Virus record (IMG/VR): IMGVR_UViG_3300049783_001292
Span: 1 to 56,799 of that record
DNA length: 56,799 nt
Source: a virus
Lineage: Duplodnaviria; Caudoviricetes
Strand: one strand, 5' to 3'
Shown here: positions 1 through 9,181 of the stretch, in pieces
Layout of the letters: each line of letters opens with the position of its first letter
Position numbering within the stretch: the first letter of the stretch is position 1
Made by a program: the position numbers and the translations under genes
The notes under the pieces: model-generated
Told to the model about the DNA's origin: nothing
Database searches by the model: none
The model's input: the letters and a program-made list of their open reading frames with translations, nothing else

Positions 1-105
1 ATGTAGTTACAGTGTAGTTGAGGTGCGTTTTATATGAAAAAACCCTTTAAAAACAAGCGCTTTTAAAGGGTTTTGTGTGGTGGAGCGGGGGGGAATCGAA
101 CCCCC
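1..105. repeat. Left att direct repeat; 78-105 is the tmRNA 3'-end core
   Basis: 1-105 is identical to 56624-56728 and includes TGGTGGAGCGGGGGGGAATCGAACCCCC. Confidence 0.95.
37..74 (-). terminator. Intrinsic terminator downstream of the tmRNA 3' fragment (second copy at 56660-56697)
   Basis: AAAACCCTTTAAAA / TTTTAAAGGGTTTT inverted repeat with A/T tails. Confidence 0.8.
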
Positions 106-143
106 CAGCTAAACCTCTACAGCCCCCTGTTTATGGCAATCTG

Positions 144-1334
144 TTATTTCGAGTGCCAGATCGGTGCCATATCGTTCGCTTTTTCCTTTTCTGTTTTCTC
201 GTATGCTTCGATAAAACTGCCGTAATGTCGGAAGATCATTTCCGTATTTTTATGGCCCATCCAGTTCGCTATTTTCCATAAATGCACTTCTTGTGAAATA
301 TGCTTAGTAGCGAAAGTGTGGCGCAATTGATAAGGGTAACGATAGCGAACACCTGCCGCTTTTAATATTCTTGTCTGCCATCTATGCTTTCTGAAACTTT
401 CATGTTCCCACTGTTTGCCCTGATCATTAAGGAAAACATATTCGCTATGTAGGAAGGTTAATTCTTTTTGTCGCTTGAGTGCGGTCAGTGCTTCATCGTT
501 TAACGGAATAAAACGTTTATTTTTGGTCTTGGTCGGTTTGGTGATGCCTTGAGAATATGACTCAACAATTTTCACTTGCTCATGTACAAAGTCTACATCA
601 ACCCATTTTAGCGCGGGCCATTCAGCGGAGCGAACACCAGTATTAACCCAAAATTGTATGATGTTTAATTCTGCCGGTTTACAGCGCTGATAAATTTCCT
701 CTAGCTCTGTTGGGGTGAATACGTCAATATCATCATCATCTTCGTTACGCGCATCAACAATTTTTTGAGTAATGTATTGATTAGTGTTTACCTGGCGTGA
801 TGGATTGAATTGTATTACCTGGTCAGTCACGGCTTGATCTAAAGCAAGATCAAGCACACTTTTCTGATTAGTGATGGTTTTTTGCTTAACGGTTTTGTTT
901 CGCTCTTTGATCCAATTGGCTATTTCTTTCGGTGTGATCTTGGCAACCAAGAGATCATGCAAAGGTTTAAGGGCGTTTTTGCCCTTGATATAACCTTCGA
1001 TAGTGGTGTGGGAAAGTTTACGAACCGTTTCGCCCTGGTGGATAAGCTCTTCTATATAAGAGAGGACGGTTGTTTTACTTGTTGCTACGCCGAATACTTT
1101 AAGCTTTGGCGAGTTAGGGAAGTATTCAGCATAGTGAAAGGTTTCGCGTTCTATGTTGTTTCTGATTTCACCAGCCAAGTTACCGGCCCAGGCAATGTTG
1201 GCCTTTGTAACATCAAGGGCTAATATCTCACGACACCTAACCCCTTTGTAGAAAAAATCAACCCGTATTGATTGACTCTTGGCATTCTCACGAACCGTTA
1301 TGCCGCTCGGAAGCCTCCCCCATTTCTTACCCAT
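144..1334 (-). CDS. int: Tyrosine integrase with N-terminal arm-binding domain
   Basis: TGVRSAE (catalytic Arg), YQLRHTFAT, MGH and terminal HY motifs; adjacent to att. Confidence 0.96.
   Translation of the reverse strand: MGKKWGRLPSGITVRENAKSQSIRVDFFYKGVRCREILALDVTKANIAWAGNLAGEIRNNIERETFHYAEYFPNSPKLKVFGVATSKTTVLSYIEELIHQGETVRKLSHTTIEGYIKGKNALKPLHDLLVAKITPKEIANWIKERNKTVKQKTITNQKSVLDLALDQAVTDQVIQFNPSRQVNTNQYITQKIVDARNEDDDDIDVFTPTELEEIYQRCKPAELNIIQFWVNTGVRSAEWPALKWVDVDFVHEQVKIVESYSQGITKPTKTKNKRFIPLNDEALTALKRQKELTFLHSEYVFLNDQGKQWEHESFRKHRWQTRILKAAGVRYRYPYQLRHTFATKHISQEVHLWKIANWMGHKNTEMIFRHYGSFIEAYEKTEKEKANDMAPIWHSK
149..170. promoter_or_regulatory. Integrase arm-type sites (left arm, inside the int 3' end)
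   Basis: GTGCCAG-ATCGGTGCCAT matches the 11-bp ATCGGTGCCAG repeats at the right end. Confidence 0.7.
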
Positions 1335-1495
1335 TCTTCAACTTCCCTCAAATCAACAAAGCGTTCTTTAACGTTTTTAACTTTGTAAACATGCGTACCT
1401 TCTACCCATACGCCCTTGGTAATACGTGCCTGAACTGCTCTAACATTCTCGCCTGACAGTTCGCAGTATTTTGATAGTGGCACCACTGACAGCAT
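1298..1495 (-). CDS. xis: Excisionase (Xis-like winged HTH)
   Basis: 65 aa, overlaps the int start; VPLSKYCELSGE...VWVEG...FVDLREVEEW pattern. Confidence 0.85.
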   Translation of the reverse strand: MLSVVPLSKYCELSGENVRAVQARITKGVWVEGTHVYKVKNVKERFVDLREVEEWVRNGGGFRAA

Positions 1496-1565
1496 TTTAC
1501 CATCCCTTCTATAAAATTATTGGATTCAGTTCCCTTTTTGGGAGCTGAATCCGCGTCCGAAAAAC

Positions 1566-1688
1566 CTACTTTTGTTTAAGTTCTTTTCCAATGTACCAGG
1601 CGCTAGTTATACTACTAGGCATTTTAGTCACTTCGGATTCGTCAAAGTCTTCGTATATGTCGATACATGCTTGCTCTGATTCACTCAT
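1566..1688 (-). CDS. Small hypothetical protein, 40 aa (MSESEQACID...), not in the ORF track
   Basis: Translated by hand; GAGGT SD upstream; same strand as the operon. Confidence 0.5.
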   Translation of the reverse strand: MSESEQACIDIYEDFDESEVTKMPSSITSAWYIGKELKQK

Positions 1689-1700
1689 GATCACCTCTAC

Positions 1701-2030
1701 TTATTCGCAATGATTATGAAGTTCGTCTATTTGACTCTGCAGACTATCAACCTTCTTCATAAACGCGCTAACAGCTCTGTCTTCATATTTAACCGATAGC
1801 TTTTCTGTAGCTTGTGTTGCAATCGCTTTAATTAAGTCGCGGTTATAAGCAAACATATCCGTAGCATCGCGTTTATCTTTAGTGCTAAAGGCAACAACAG
1901 AAACAACATCAGTTGTTCCTTGTATCTCAATCAGGCTCATTAGATTATTGGCGGCAGTGTGAATGTCTTGTGATAATTTTTCTCTTGCGCCCTTTCTGAT
2001 TCTTTCGTCAATAGTGTTTATTTTGCTCAT
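1701..2030 (-). CDS. Hypothetical phage protein
   Basis: TAATG coupling to the upstream MTase. Confidence 0.7.
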   Translation of the reverse strand: MSKINTIDERIRKGAREKLSQDIHTAANNLMSLIEIQGTTDVVSVVAFSTKDKRDATDMFAYNRDLIKAIATQATEKLSVKYEDRAVSAFMKKVDSLQSQIDELHNHCE

Positions 2031-2635
2031 TACGCAGCTCTCCCTAACTTAACTTTCTTATCTAAATCACTACGAACAAAATCAACGTATTCAGTGATGT
2101 TAAAATAACGGGGCGAAAACTCTACAAAGCAGCTAGAAAAATTAACACCTGACTTTTGCGTTACACCGTCAATATCAAGGAAAGGATAGCGGCCATCCGG
2201 AACAAAAACGCGACTTGCTTTGTTGCTGATAGTGTCACGCCACCAGCCCGTTGTTCGCTCAAATGGCAATAGCATGACGCTCGTTATTCCTTGCTTGCTG
2301 TACCGGTAACACTCGTCAATAAACTCAACTTTGTTATCAAAAGGAGGATTACACCAGACTGCTGATTGCCTAAAAGGGGTGCGAACCGCTTCTATTTTGC
2401 TAATGCTTCTTTCGATGTTTGATAAACGGTTGGCCCAATCAACATTAAGCGAGTCTTCTTCAGGGCTAATGAAGTTTGCGCACTTAGCTGTTGCTTTTTC
2501 GGCACAAGCGTCAAGAATAAACGCATGACCAGTTAAATGTGCTGCGTGATTATTACAGCGCCAGGTAGTACCCCAGCGGTTTTTTTCTTCACTCTTGGTA
2601 TTGCTTCTAACTAAAATGGCCACCTTAACCACCAA
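2030..2635 (-). CDS. Phage N6-adenine DNA methyltransferase (phage Dam family)
   Basis: WGT, FILDACA and VWCNPPF motifs; TTGWW. Confidence 0.9.
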   Translation of the reverse strand: MVVKVAILVRSNTKSEEKNRWGTTWRCNNHAAHLTGHAFILDACAEKATAKCANFISPEEDSLNVDWANRLSNIERSISKIEAVRTPFRQSAVWCNPPFDNKVEFIDECYRYSKQGITSVMLLPFERTTGWWRDTISNKASRVFVPDGRYPFLDIDGVTQKSGVNFSSCFVEFSPRYFNITEYVDFVRSDLDKKVKLGRAA

Positions 2636-3476
2636 TCACTTGCAGATCATCAACCTGAACGGTCCAACCATTCTTCTTAAACTTGCGCAGTAACATACCG
2701 GCATGTGCTTTGGTATCGGCTTTAGGACGAATAGGGGCTTTGCCTAGAACAATCTCGCCATCTTCATCAAGGGTCATTAAACAGCCTCGGCCATCGTCGT
2801 TTAAGTAAAGAAAGCAAATCTCTTTATCAGCCATGCCACGGTTAGTAATTTGCATTACCTTTGGGAATAACCACAAGTGATCGCCATTTTGGTTGTACGC
2901 TTCGGTCATATCGACTTCACGCAAGCGGTAGGTGATTTCTTTAATGGCTTCTTCAGCTTTGACAATAGAATGGCGGTACTTTTTTATTTCAAGCTTATGT
3001 TGTTTCTCACCAGCTAAGTGCTTGGCTATGCGCTCTTGATAGTCTTTGCGCTGATCACGGATTTTTTTAGGTGAGCCAATTTCTTTATATGAAGCAACGG
3101 TAAGTATTGCATCATTGAGTTTGATTTCTATTTGAGCCTTTTCTCTGTTGGCTTGTTCAAGTCTTTGCATGTGATTTTTAGCGTTGTCAGATACCATTTG
3201 CGCTTTCTTCTCAAAATCTTTTTCTTTTGCTTCATCACGTTTTCTCGCTGCTATTAATTTTTCATTTTCATCGATAACACCGTCTAATCTGTTAGATAAG
3301 TTAGATAGTTGAAGCTTCAAGAAGGTGTTTTCTTGCTCGGCTTTATTTAATTCATCAATGATGCTGTTCGACTCTTGTGCGTCAGCTTCATAAGAGGCGA
3401 TAAGTTGATTAATAGCGTCAGCTAGCACTAATGGTAAGGCTTGTTCAGCGCTCTGTACTGCTTGTTGTGTGTTCAT
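2625..3476 (-). CDS. Coiled-coil hypothetical protein (start likely MNTQQ at 3476)
   Basis: GGAG SD before 3476; heptad-rich sequence. Confidence 0.75.
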   Translation of the reverse strand: MNTQQAVQSAEQALPLVLADAINQLIASYEADAQESNSIIDELNKAEQENTFLKLQLSNLSNRLDGVIDENEKLIAARKRDEAKEKDFEKKAQMVSDNAKNHMQRLEQANREKAQIEIKLNDAILTVASYKEIGSPKKIRDQRKDYQERIAKHLAGEKQHKLEIKKYRHSIVKAEEAIKEITYRLREVDMTEAYNQNGDHLWLFPKVMQITNRGMADKEICFLYLNDDGRGCLMTLDEDGEIVLGKAPIRPKADTKAHAGMLLRKFKKNGWTVQVDDLQVIGG

Positions 3477-3545
3477 AATTACTCCACCAAGAATTATTAT
3501 ATAAAATTTTGGCACCGCGCATGCAGTGCCGGTTAATCTAATCGT

Positions 3546-4685
3546 TTACGCTGCAGCTAATACTTCTCTTGATCCGTTAAGGCCAGGCTCAGAAACTACG
3601 TCGTTACCCTCAAGTTCTTCAACAATACGGGCGGCTCGGTTATAGCCAATTCTGAACTTGCGCTGAATGCTTGAGATTGAAACGCGACGAGTTTCAGTGA
3701 CGAACTCGACAACTTCAGGGTAAAGGAAGTCTGGTGTTTCTTCATTGGCACTCTCGACGCTATCGACGGCTACTGGTTGGTTAATAGCGCTAGTTTCATC
3801 GTCACTGTTTTGGTCAAAAAAGTTCTTAAGGGCTTCGCAATGATTAACGATTATCTCTAGTTCAACGGCTTCTTCATGCAAGAATAGATCTTCAGCATCA
3901 CCAGATCCGCCATCCTCTTCAATTTCATAGCTGGTTGATATTTGCTTGATCTTGAACTTCTCAGTTAGCGTGAATGCGACACCATCTTTAGATAAGTTCA
4001 CTTGTTTGATGCTGTAACCTTCATCGAGCAATGTTTTTACCTGGTCAAGCGGGTAGTCACCTTTAAAGCGCACAACGTCTTTATTTGTATTAGCTAAAAC
4101 GAGCAAGTCACCTGTGCTAAAACCGGCGAACTGGATACCTTCAAAACGCGCCTGTTCGTCATTCAATGATTCAATCATGTTAGTTGTTAATGAGTTTGAT
4201 ATGCCTGAGCAATGAAGCGTTGCTGTCTCTAACGAGCCAAGCACCTTGATTAAGAATGAAAGCGCCATTTGTGCGTATGCCTCTTTAGCATCGACAATTA
4301 GCTTCTGGCTTTTTGTGTGATAATAAAGGCTGAAAAAATTTGTTTCTGGTAATACTTTGGCGCAATACTCGGCAAAAACCTCTTCTGCAACTTTTTGTTG
4401 AAGTTCTTCTATCTGAATATCAATAAGATCTTCAATAAGTGTTGCTTCGACTCTTCGGGCCACTTCTTGCGCTAGCGATGCTTTAGGAAGTTTTTTCCAG
4501 CTAAAAACAAAGTTGATTTTATAACCATTTTCAAGCTTTACGATGGGGTCGTTAGGGTTAAGACCAAGTTTTGCTGATTGACTTTCAAGTAAAGGTGAGA
4601 ACATTAAACCTTCTTCTTGTGTGATTTTTTCTTCAATTACTGCGATTACCGGTAACTCTGCTTGAAACACTTGGATATTTTTCAT
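3546..4685 (-). CDS. rdgC: RdgC-like recombination-associated protein fused to a C-terminal FtsK gamma domain
   Basis: MKNIQVF and KKLPKASL RdgC-like motifs; C-terminus LYPEVVEFV...[24 protein letters not shown]...GSREVL is a canonical FtsK-gamma. Confidence 0.85.
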   Translation of the reverse strand: MKNIQVFQAELPVIAVIEEKITQEEGLMFSPLLESQSAKLGLNPNDPIVKLENGYKINFVFSWKKLPKASLAQEVARRVEATLIEDLIDIQIEELQQKVAEEVFAEYCAKVLPETNFFSLYYHTKSQKLIVDAKEAYAQMALSFLIKVLGSLETATLHCSGISNSLTTNMIESLNDEQARFEGIQFAGFSTGDLLVLANTNKDVVRFKGDYPLDQVKTLLDEGYSIKQVNLSKDGVAFTLTEKFKIKQISTSYEIEEDGGSGDAEDLFLHEEAVELEIIVNHCEALKNFFDQNSDDETSAINQPVAVDSVESANEETPDFLYPEVVEFVTETRRVSISSIQRKFRIGYNRAARIVEELEGNDVVSEPGLNGSREVLAAA

Positions 4686-4694
4686 TTTACTGCC

Positions 4695-4739
4695 TTTGAA
4701 TTATTTGAATTATTTGAATTATTTGAATTATTTGAATTA
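4695..4739. repeat. 9-bp tandem repeat (TTTGAATTA)x5
   Basis: Five perfect copies directly upstream of the rdgC start. Confidence 0.95.
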
Positions 4740-4799
4740 ATTTAGCCCGTTAGGGGCAGCACTTGCCGGAGTAAACAAGTGCCGCATTGGTGGAACTGG

Positions 4800-6590
4800 T
4801 TAAGCTGCGTCGCTTTCTTGCTCTTCAAGATAAGCATGCTGATTAATAATGTTTAGTAAGTCGGTAAACTCAGAGTTACGAACTCCGTACTCTTCTTTCC
4901 AAAAACTAAGTTGACGCAGCATTTCTGATCTGCCGCTTTGAGTTGTGCTGGAAAATCGCGTTGATAGCCGTTGCTTGACGGGTGATTCTTCTTTAATTGG
5001 GGCGGCTTCCTTGCCTACGCTAGTTTGCGAATCTTGTTGTGCGGTTAGTCGCTGCTCAGTTGCTTTCGCTGAACCTTCGTTATTAACAGCGTGATTTCCA
5101 ATTGAGGGGGCTTGTTCTGCTTGTTGTCGTGCAATAACTGCTTGTTGCTGTTGCGCGATAGCATCTTGCTCTGCCTGGGCTTTAGCACGTTCTTCACTGC
5201 GAATGCGCTGTTCTTCTGCCGCGGCTCTTGCTTGCACTTCACGTTCAGCTTTTTCCTGGGCTGCTTGCTCCATGCGTAATTGTTCTACACGTTTGCGCTC
5301 AGTTTCAGCCTGATCATGCTCTGTTATGCGCATTTTTATTAAGTTGATTAAATCTTCAGTAGGCTTTAACACTAACTGAGCAAAGTCGTTGAATAAAAAT
5401 TTATGGCTTGACGCATGCGCTGTTAAAGCGGCAATGTTCGCATCAATTAATTTACCGGCCTCGGTTAGCTTTTCTGTTGCTTGCGATAATTCGGTATCAA
5501 CCGCAGTTTTTAGTGAGTCAACTTTACTTTTGCCTTTCATTACGCTGTCAAAATCAGGGCGGATAGTAATTACTTGAAAGCCAACTTTACCGTTAACCGC
5601 TGAAACGCGCTGATCCCACTCAGTTTGAGCGTTGGCTTTTAAGTTTTCTTTTAGTTCAAGTTTTCGCGCTTTAATCTCTTTTTCACCAGCACTAATCGTT
5701 TTCTGTAAAACGCTATCAAGTTCAGCCGCCACCAAGTCAAAGTCAGCCAGGCTTGCAAAGCCGTTTTTAACATTTTCGCGTTTTACTTTTAATTCTGCCC
5801 TGGCTAATTTGTAATTTTTAATACGAGCATCTTTATCAATAAAATCCTGATCACTTTCAAGAACAATGCTTTTCTCAAAGTTCGCTTTATCTTTAACGGC
5901 CATAAGGACTTGCTGTAAATTGGTGGTGATTACAGAACCGGCTACATCACACTGAATCGCCGGTAGGTTTTCCACTTCATTAGCAACTAGTTTTTCTGCT
6001 TTTGCTACCACTTCATGATTTGCTAAGTCGATGGCGAACTGCTTCCAACCGGCGATTAACTCTGCTCGACGCTCTGGTACTGACTCGTAGTACATTGAAG
6101 CAAAGTTTCCTGTGGTGCCGTCACTGGTGATAAATAATACCTTTTCAGCGCCGGACACTAGCAATTGTTGCTCTAACTGCCAGTAGTGAGCCGGACCTAA
6201 GACGTTATTTCTTACGTTTTCAGCAAGCGTTTTGTTAAAAAGCTTATGCTCAAAAACAACGTCTTCCATCATTGTTAAGCCATCAAATGACGCGCCGATC
6301 TTCTCGTTTTCTAACAAGCCAGTGACAGGGTAAAAATCACCCACACCATCATCAAGCATGCCCTCAGCGATAGGTCTTGCCATTTCCTCGGTTGCGTGAC
6401 CTTTATCAAACAGCTTTTGTTGCATTGAGGATACGGGCTTAGATATGCCTGTTTTCTTCATATCAAGCAATTCGTTACGGCTCATGTACGGAGAATCACC
6501 CTTCATAGCTGCTGCTTCACTAGCCATGAAGTTTTCTAAGCGAAATTCTAGCCACTGTTGACTGCCTTGCTTTAGCGATAAGATGATCAT
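4800..6590 (-). CDS. YqaJ/lambda-Exo-family exonuclease with long coiled-coil C-terminus
   Basis: QGSQQWLEFR, ASEAAA, GASFDGL, FEHK and YWQLEQQLLV motifs. Confidence 0.9.
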   Translation of the reverse strand: MIILSLKQGSQQWLEFRLENFMASEAAAMKGDSPYMSRNELLDMKKTGISKPVSSMQQKLFDKGHATEEMARPIAEGMLDDGVGDFYPVTGLLENEKIGASFDGLTMMEDVVFEHKLFNKTLAENVRNNVLGPAHYWQLEQQLLVSGAEKVLFITSDGTTGNFASMYYESVPERRAELIAGWKQFAIDLANHEVVAKAEKLVANEVENLPAIQCDVAGSVITTNLQQVLMAVKDKANFEKSIVLESDQDFIDKDARIKNYKLARAELKVKRENVKNGFASLADFDLVAAELDSVLQKTISAGEKEIKARKLELKENLKANAQTEWDQRVSAVNGKVGFQVITIRPDFDSVMKGKSKVDSLKTAVDTELSQATEKLTEAGKLIDANIAALTAHASSHKFLFNDFAQLVLKPTEDLINLIKMRITEHDQAETERKRVEQLRMEQAAQEKAEREVQARAAAEEQRIRSEERAKAQAEQDAIAQQQQAVIARQQAEQAPSIGNHAVNNEGSAKATEQRLTAQQDSQTSVGKEAAPIKEESPVKQRLSTRFSSTTQSGRSEMLRQLSFWKEEYGVRNSEFTDLLNIINQHAYLEEQESDAA

Positions 6591-7339
6591 GAGTCTTCTC
6601 CTATTTTAATACTTTCGATGATGGATTGTTTCTCTGGCGTTAGTAGCCCTTTGAATTCAACCGTTTGAATTATTTCGCTTGCCGTTTTCTTTTTCTTCTC
6701 GATGAGAGTGCGCCACAGCGGTAAGTTTTTAACAAAGTCAGCGTCAGGGTAGTAATCATCACTAACCTCTTCTGCGGGAGCTGTTGATTGAGCGGGGGTA
6801 ACATCCTTTTCAATCGGCATATCTTGTTGTTCTTCTGCTACAGCAAGTCCTTTGAGTACGTCGGCAAATTCATCTCTAGCCGCAAAGCCACGAGAGCGCA
6901 TTTGAAGCATACGTTTAGGGTATTGCGTCCACGGTCCAGCTTTACCCCATAACTTTGCCGCTTCAGCGTCTTTCCTTGAAAAAGAAACTGTCTTTTCTTC
7001 ATGACCTTTACGCTTAACCTTTGTGTAAGCGGTCATAGTATTTTCATCAAGAGTTTCTTCAAACTTTTCACATAAGGGGGAGGCTAAAACAATCGCTTTT
7101 ATTGCGTCACCCCATAAAGCCGGTCTGCCATTGATAACTGCAATGTTTTGGATTGCTTGCATTGGGGCTAAGCCAATGTCAGCGCCCATTTGAACAGCAA
7201 CAAGCACGTTACCTGGCTTGCCTTGAAAATCTTTAGGGACCATTTCACTGTCAGCCATGATTTGAGCCAATTGCATGGCTTCATTTAGGCTTTGAGGTGA
7301 TAGGTTGAAACTACCGTTGGTTGTCATTTGATTAGACAT
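6587..7339 (-). CDS. recT: RecT-family single-strand annealing protein
   Basis: PMQAIQNIAVINGRPALWGD and PWTQYPKRML motifs; paired with the exonuclease. Confidence 0.85.
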   Translation of the reverse strand: MSNQMTTNGSFNLSPQSLNEAMQLAQIMADSEMVPKDFQGKPGNVLVAVQMGADIGLAPMQAIQNIAVINGRPALWGDAIKAIVLASPLCEKFEETLDENTMTAYTKVKRKGHEEKTVSFSRKDAEAAKLWGKAGPWTQYPKRMLQMRSRGFAARDEFADVLKGLAVAEEQQDMPIEKDVTPAQSTAPAEEVSDDYYPDADFVKNLPLWRTLIEKKKKTASEIIQTVEFKGLLTPEKQSIIESIKIGEDS

Positions 7340-7515
7340 TACGCTGCGCTCCTTACTTGGGCTTTTGCTTTATAATCGTTGCGGTTGGCACCTTCTTTTT
7401 GCATATCAATAGCCGCATTAATTTGTGCTTCCTTGCCATTGGTGGCTTCAACTGCATACACAAGGGAGAATTTCCCCTTTGATTTAGGCGAAAAAGTTAC
7501 GTTGAATTTTTTCAT
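7339..7515 (-). CDS. Small hypothetical protein, 58 aa (MKKFNVTFSPK...), not in the ORF track
   Basis: Open frame with TAATG coupling at both ends. Confidence 0.75.
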   Translation of the reverse strand: MKKFNVTFSPKSKGKFSLVYAVEATNGKEAQINAAIDMQKEGANRNDYKAKAQVRSAA

Positions 7516-7766
7516 TAGCTTGCTCCATTCATAGCAGCTTGAGCCGGAAGAATAGATTCAAGCTCTTTTTTTACGCAGCTAAGACGGGACATAGCATCTG
7601 AGGCATCTAAATTAACCACACGATTCATGTTTTCTGCTACACAAATTACGCTGATGTAGTTTTCCAAAGGGGCGATATCAACATTGATACCAGCAGCAGT
7701 ACAAGCTGATGCTAAGGTACAAATTTGCTCTAATAGAGGGTTAATAATTGCAGTTGTGTTCGACAT
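7515..7766 (-). CDS. Hypothetical protein, first gene of the leftward early operon
   Basis: GGAG SD; translational coupling to the next gene. Confidence 0.7.
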   Translation of the reverse strand: MSNTTAIINPLLEQICTLASACTAAGINVDIAPLENYISVICVAENMNRVVNLDASDAMSRLSCVKKELESILPAQAAMNGAS

Positions 7767-7935
7767 GGTTTACGCTCCGTTTTGTTAGTCCGACAAGCGC
7801 TTGCTTATCGGTAGTTAATGGCCCTTTACTCCACCAAGAATCGAGGGCCGTTTTCTTAATGACTATCTCTAGCCAAAATTTTAAACTTCATCTAGTTCCG
7901 AACAGCCTTTCTTTCTAGCCATTCGCTAAGTTGAA

Positions 7936-7999
7936 TCTAGAATAGTAGACTTTTAAGTGATTATCAATACATTTAGATAAATAAATCTAATTATTTAGA
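7936..7999 (-). promoter_or_regulatory. PL-like promoter (TTGATA-17-TATTCT) with three operators
   Basis: -35 at 7967-7962, -10 at 7944-7939; TCTA/TCAA-N6-TAGA at 7936, 7964 and 7986. Confidence 0.75.
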
Positions 8000-8215
8000 T
8001 TTATAGTGGGAGCGGGGTTGTCAATGGTTTGTAAATAAGAGGGCTTTTTGCTGGCCTGCTGGATATATGGCTTTGTTTTTGCATGTGTTATCTGTTTTTT
8101 ATTTTGTATTTACTTTACTTATCCTAATTATGTTCTGATTTATTGACAGTTACAGTATAGGGAGTAATTCGCGGCTGATTGTTTAAGCCACGCCTAAATA
8201 AAAGACTTCCATAAC

Positions 8216-8229
8216 TCTAGAATAATAGA
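8216..8229. promoter_or_regulatory. Operator copy upstream of the membrane protein gene
   Basis: TCTA-GAATAA-TAGA. Confidence 0.6.
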
Positions 8230-8376
8230 TATAGTCTATTTTTTAGTTAAAGCAAGGAGGATTTATTATTATATTTTGCAGTATCCAGGGTAGTAAGCAG
8301 TGAAACAAAAAGCACACAGCGGTAAGTGCGCAATTTATAGATCACCTTTAACGACTAACCTTTAGGATAAGATAGA

Positions 8377-8655
8377 ATGATAGAATATATGGCAGCGGCA
8401 GCAGCGGCATTTGTGCTTTTTCAATTAATATTTGTTGGATTGGTTATTATGTACAAGAAGAAAGAAGGGCGAGAAGAAGCGGCGCTGAACTTAGGCACTG
8501 TTCGCGTATCAGCAGGGCTTATTGAGAGCGCAGTGGAGGTTAGTGACATTATGCTGGACTCCCCATCAAAAGAAGCCCAACGGAAAAGCTTACCAGGAGC
8601 GCTTTATAGTTTAGAGAAGGAAGTGCTTAGGTTTAGGCGAGTTAAAGCAAGATAG
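8377..8655 (+). CDS. Small membrane-anchored protein in the immunity region
   Basis: N-terminal hydrophobic helix followed by KKK; convergent with the repressor. Confidence 0.6.
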   Translation: MIEYMAAAAAAFVLFQLIFVGLVIMYKKKEGREEAALNLGTVRVSAGLIESAVEVSDIMLDSPSKEAQRKSLPGALYSLEKEVLRFRRVKAR

Positions 8656-8671
8656 GATTTTGGGGTAAAAG

Positions 8672-9124
8672 TTAAAGCCTGGGCTGATAGTTAGCTAACT
8701 GCTTTTGCCATTCAAGATCTGCAACATCCAACCCCTTGTCGGCTGCTACTTTAATAACCGCAGCAGTAGCCGATGCTTGAAAATCTAGATCATCTATTTC
8801 CATGTGCGACAATGCGAGTGTTATTTTCTTAACAGCCCACTTTACAGCCGATAAAGGCACACTGTTGCCGACACCGATAGGCTTTCCATCACTGTCGAAA
8901 CCCGCAGACCATAAAAGGAAGGCTGGTTCTATATCGAAAACATACCCCAAAGCGTCTAGCTTCTCAGAGCGAAAGTCATGACCCATTTCTACAATATTTT
9001 TAACGGTAGATGAATGGAGCTTAAAACCACCCTCTGATGCCTTTCTCGACATTTGGGCGTTGTTCATGCCTTTAATTTCTTTTAGCTTCGATACGTTCAG
9101 AGCTAATAAGTTGTTTGAATTCAC
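8672..9124 (-). CDS. CI-like XRE HTH repressor without an S24 autoproteolysis domain
   Basis: N-terminal XRE-like HTH (LALNVSKLKEIKGM...STVKNIVE...KLDALGYVFDIEPAFLL); divergent from cro; only 150 aa. Confidence 0.75.
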   Translation of the reverse strand: MNSNNLLALNVSKLKEIKGMNNAQMSRKASEGGFKLHSSTVKNIVEMGHDFRSEKLDALGYVFDIEPAFLLWSAGFDSDGKPIGVGNSVPLSAVKWAVKKITLALSHMEIDDLDFQASATAAVIKVAADKGLDVADLEWQKQLANYQPRL

Positions 9125-9181
9125 TATTTTACGCTTCTCATGTTATTTCATCGTACAAGTGTAAACTTTATAGTGAATAAG

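Noticed and set aside
78-105. tRNA-like 3' end (T-arm plus CCA)
   Set aside because: It is only the duplicated tmRNA 3' fragment forming the att core; no D-arm or anticodon arm is present.
75-281. 68-aa plus-strand ORF
   Set aside because: Spans the att core and is antisense to int; no SD or recognisable motifs.
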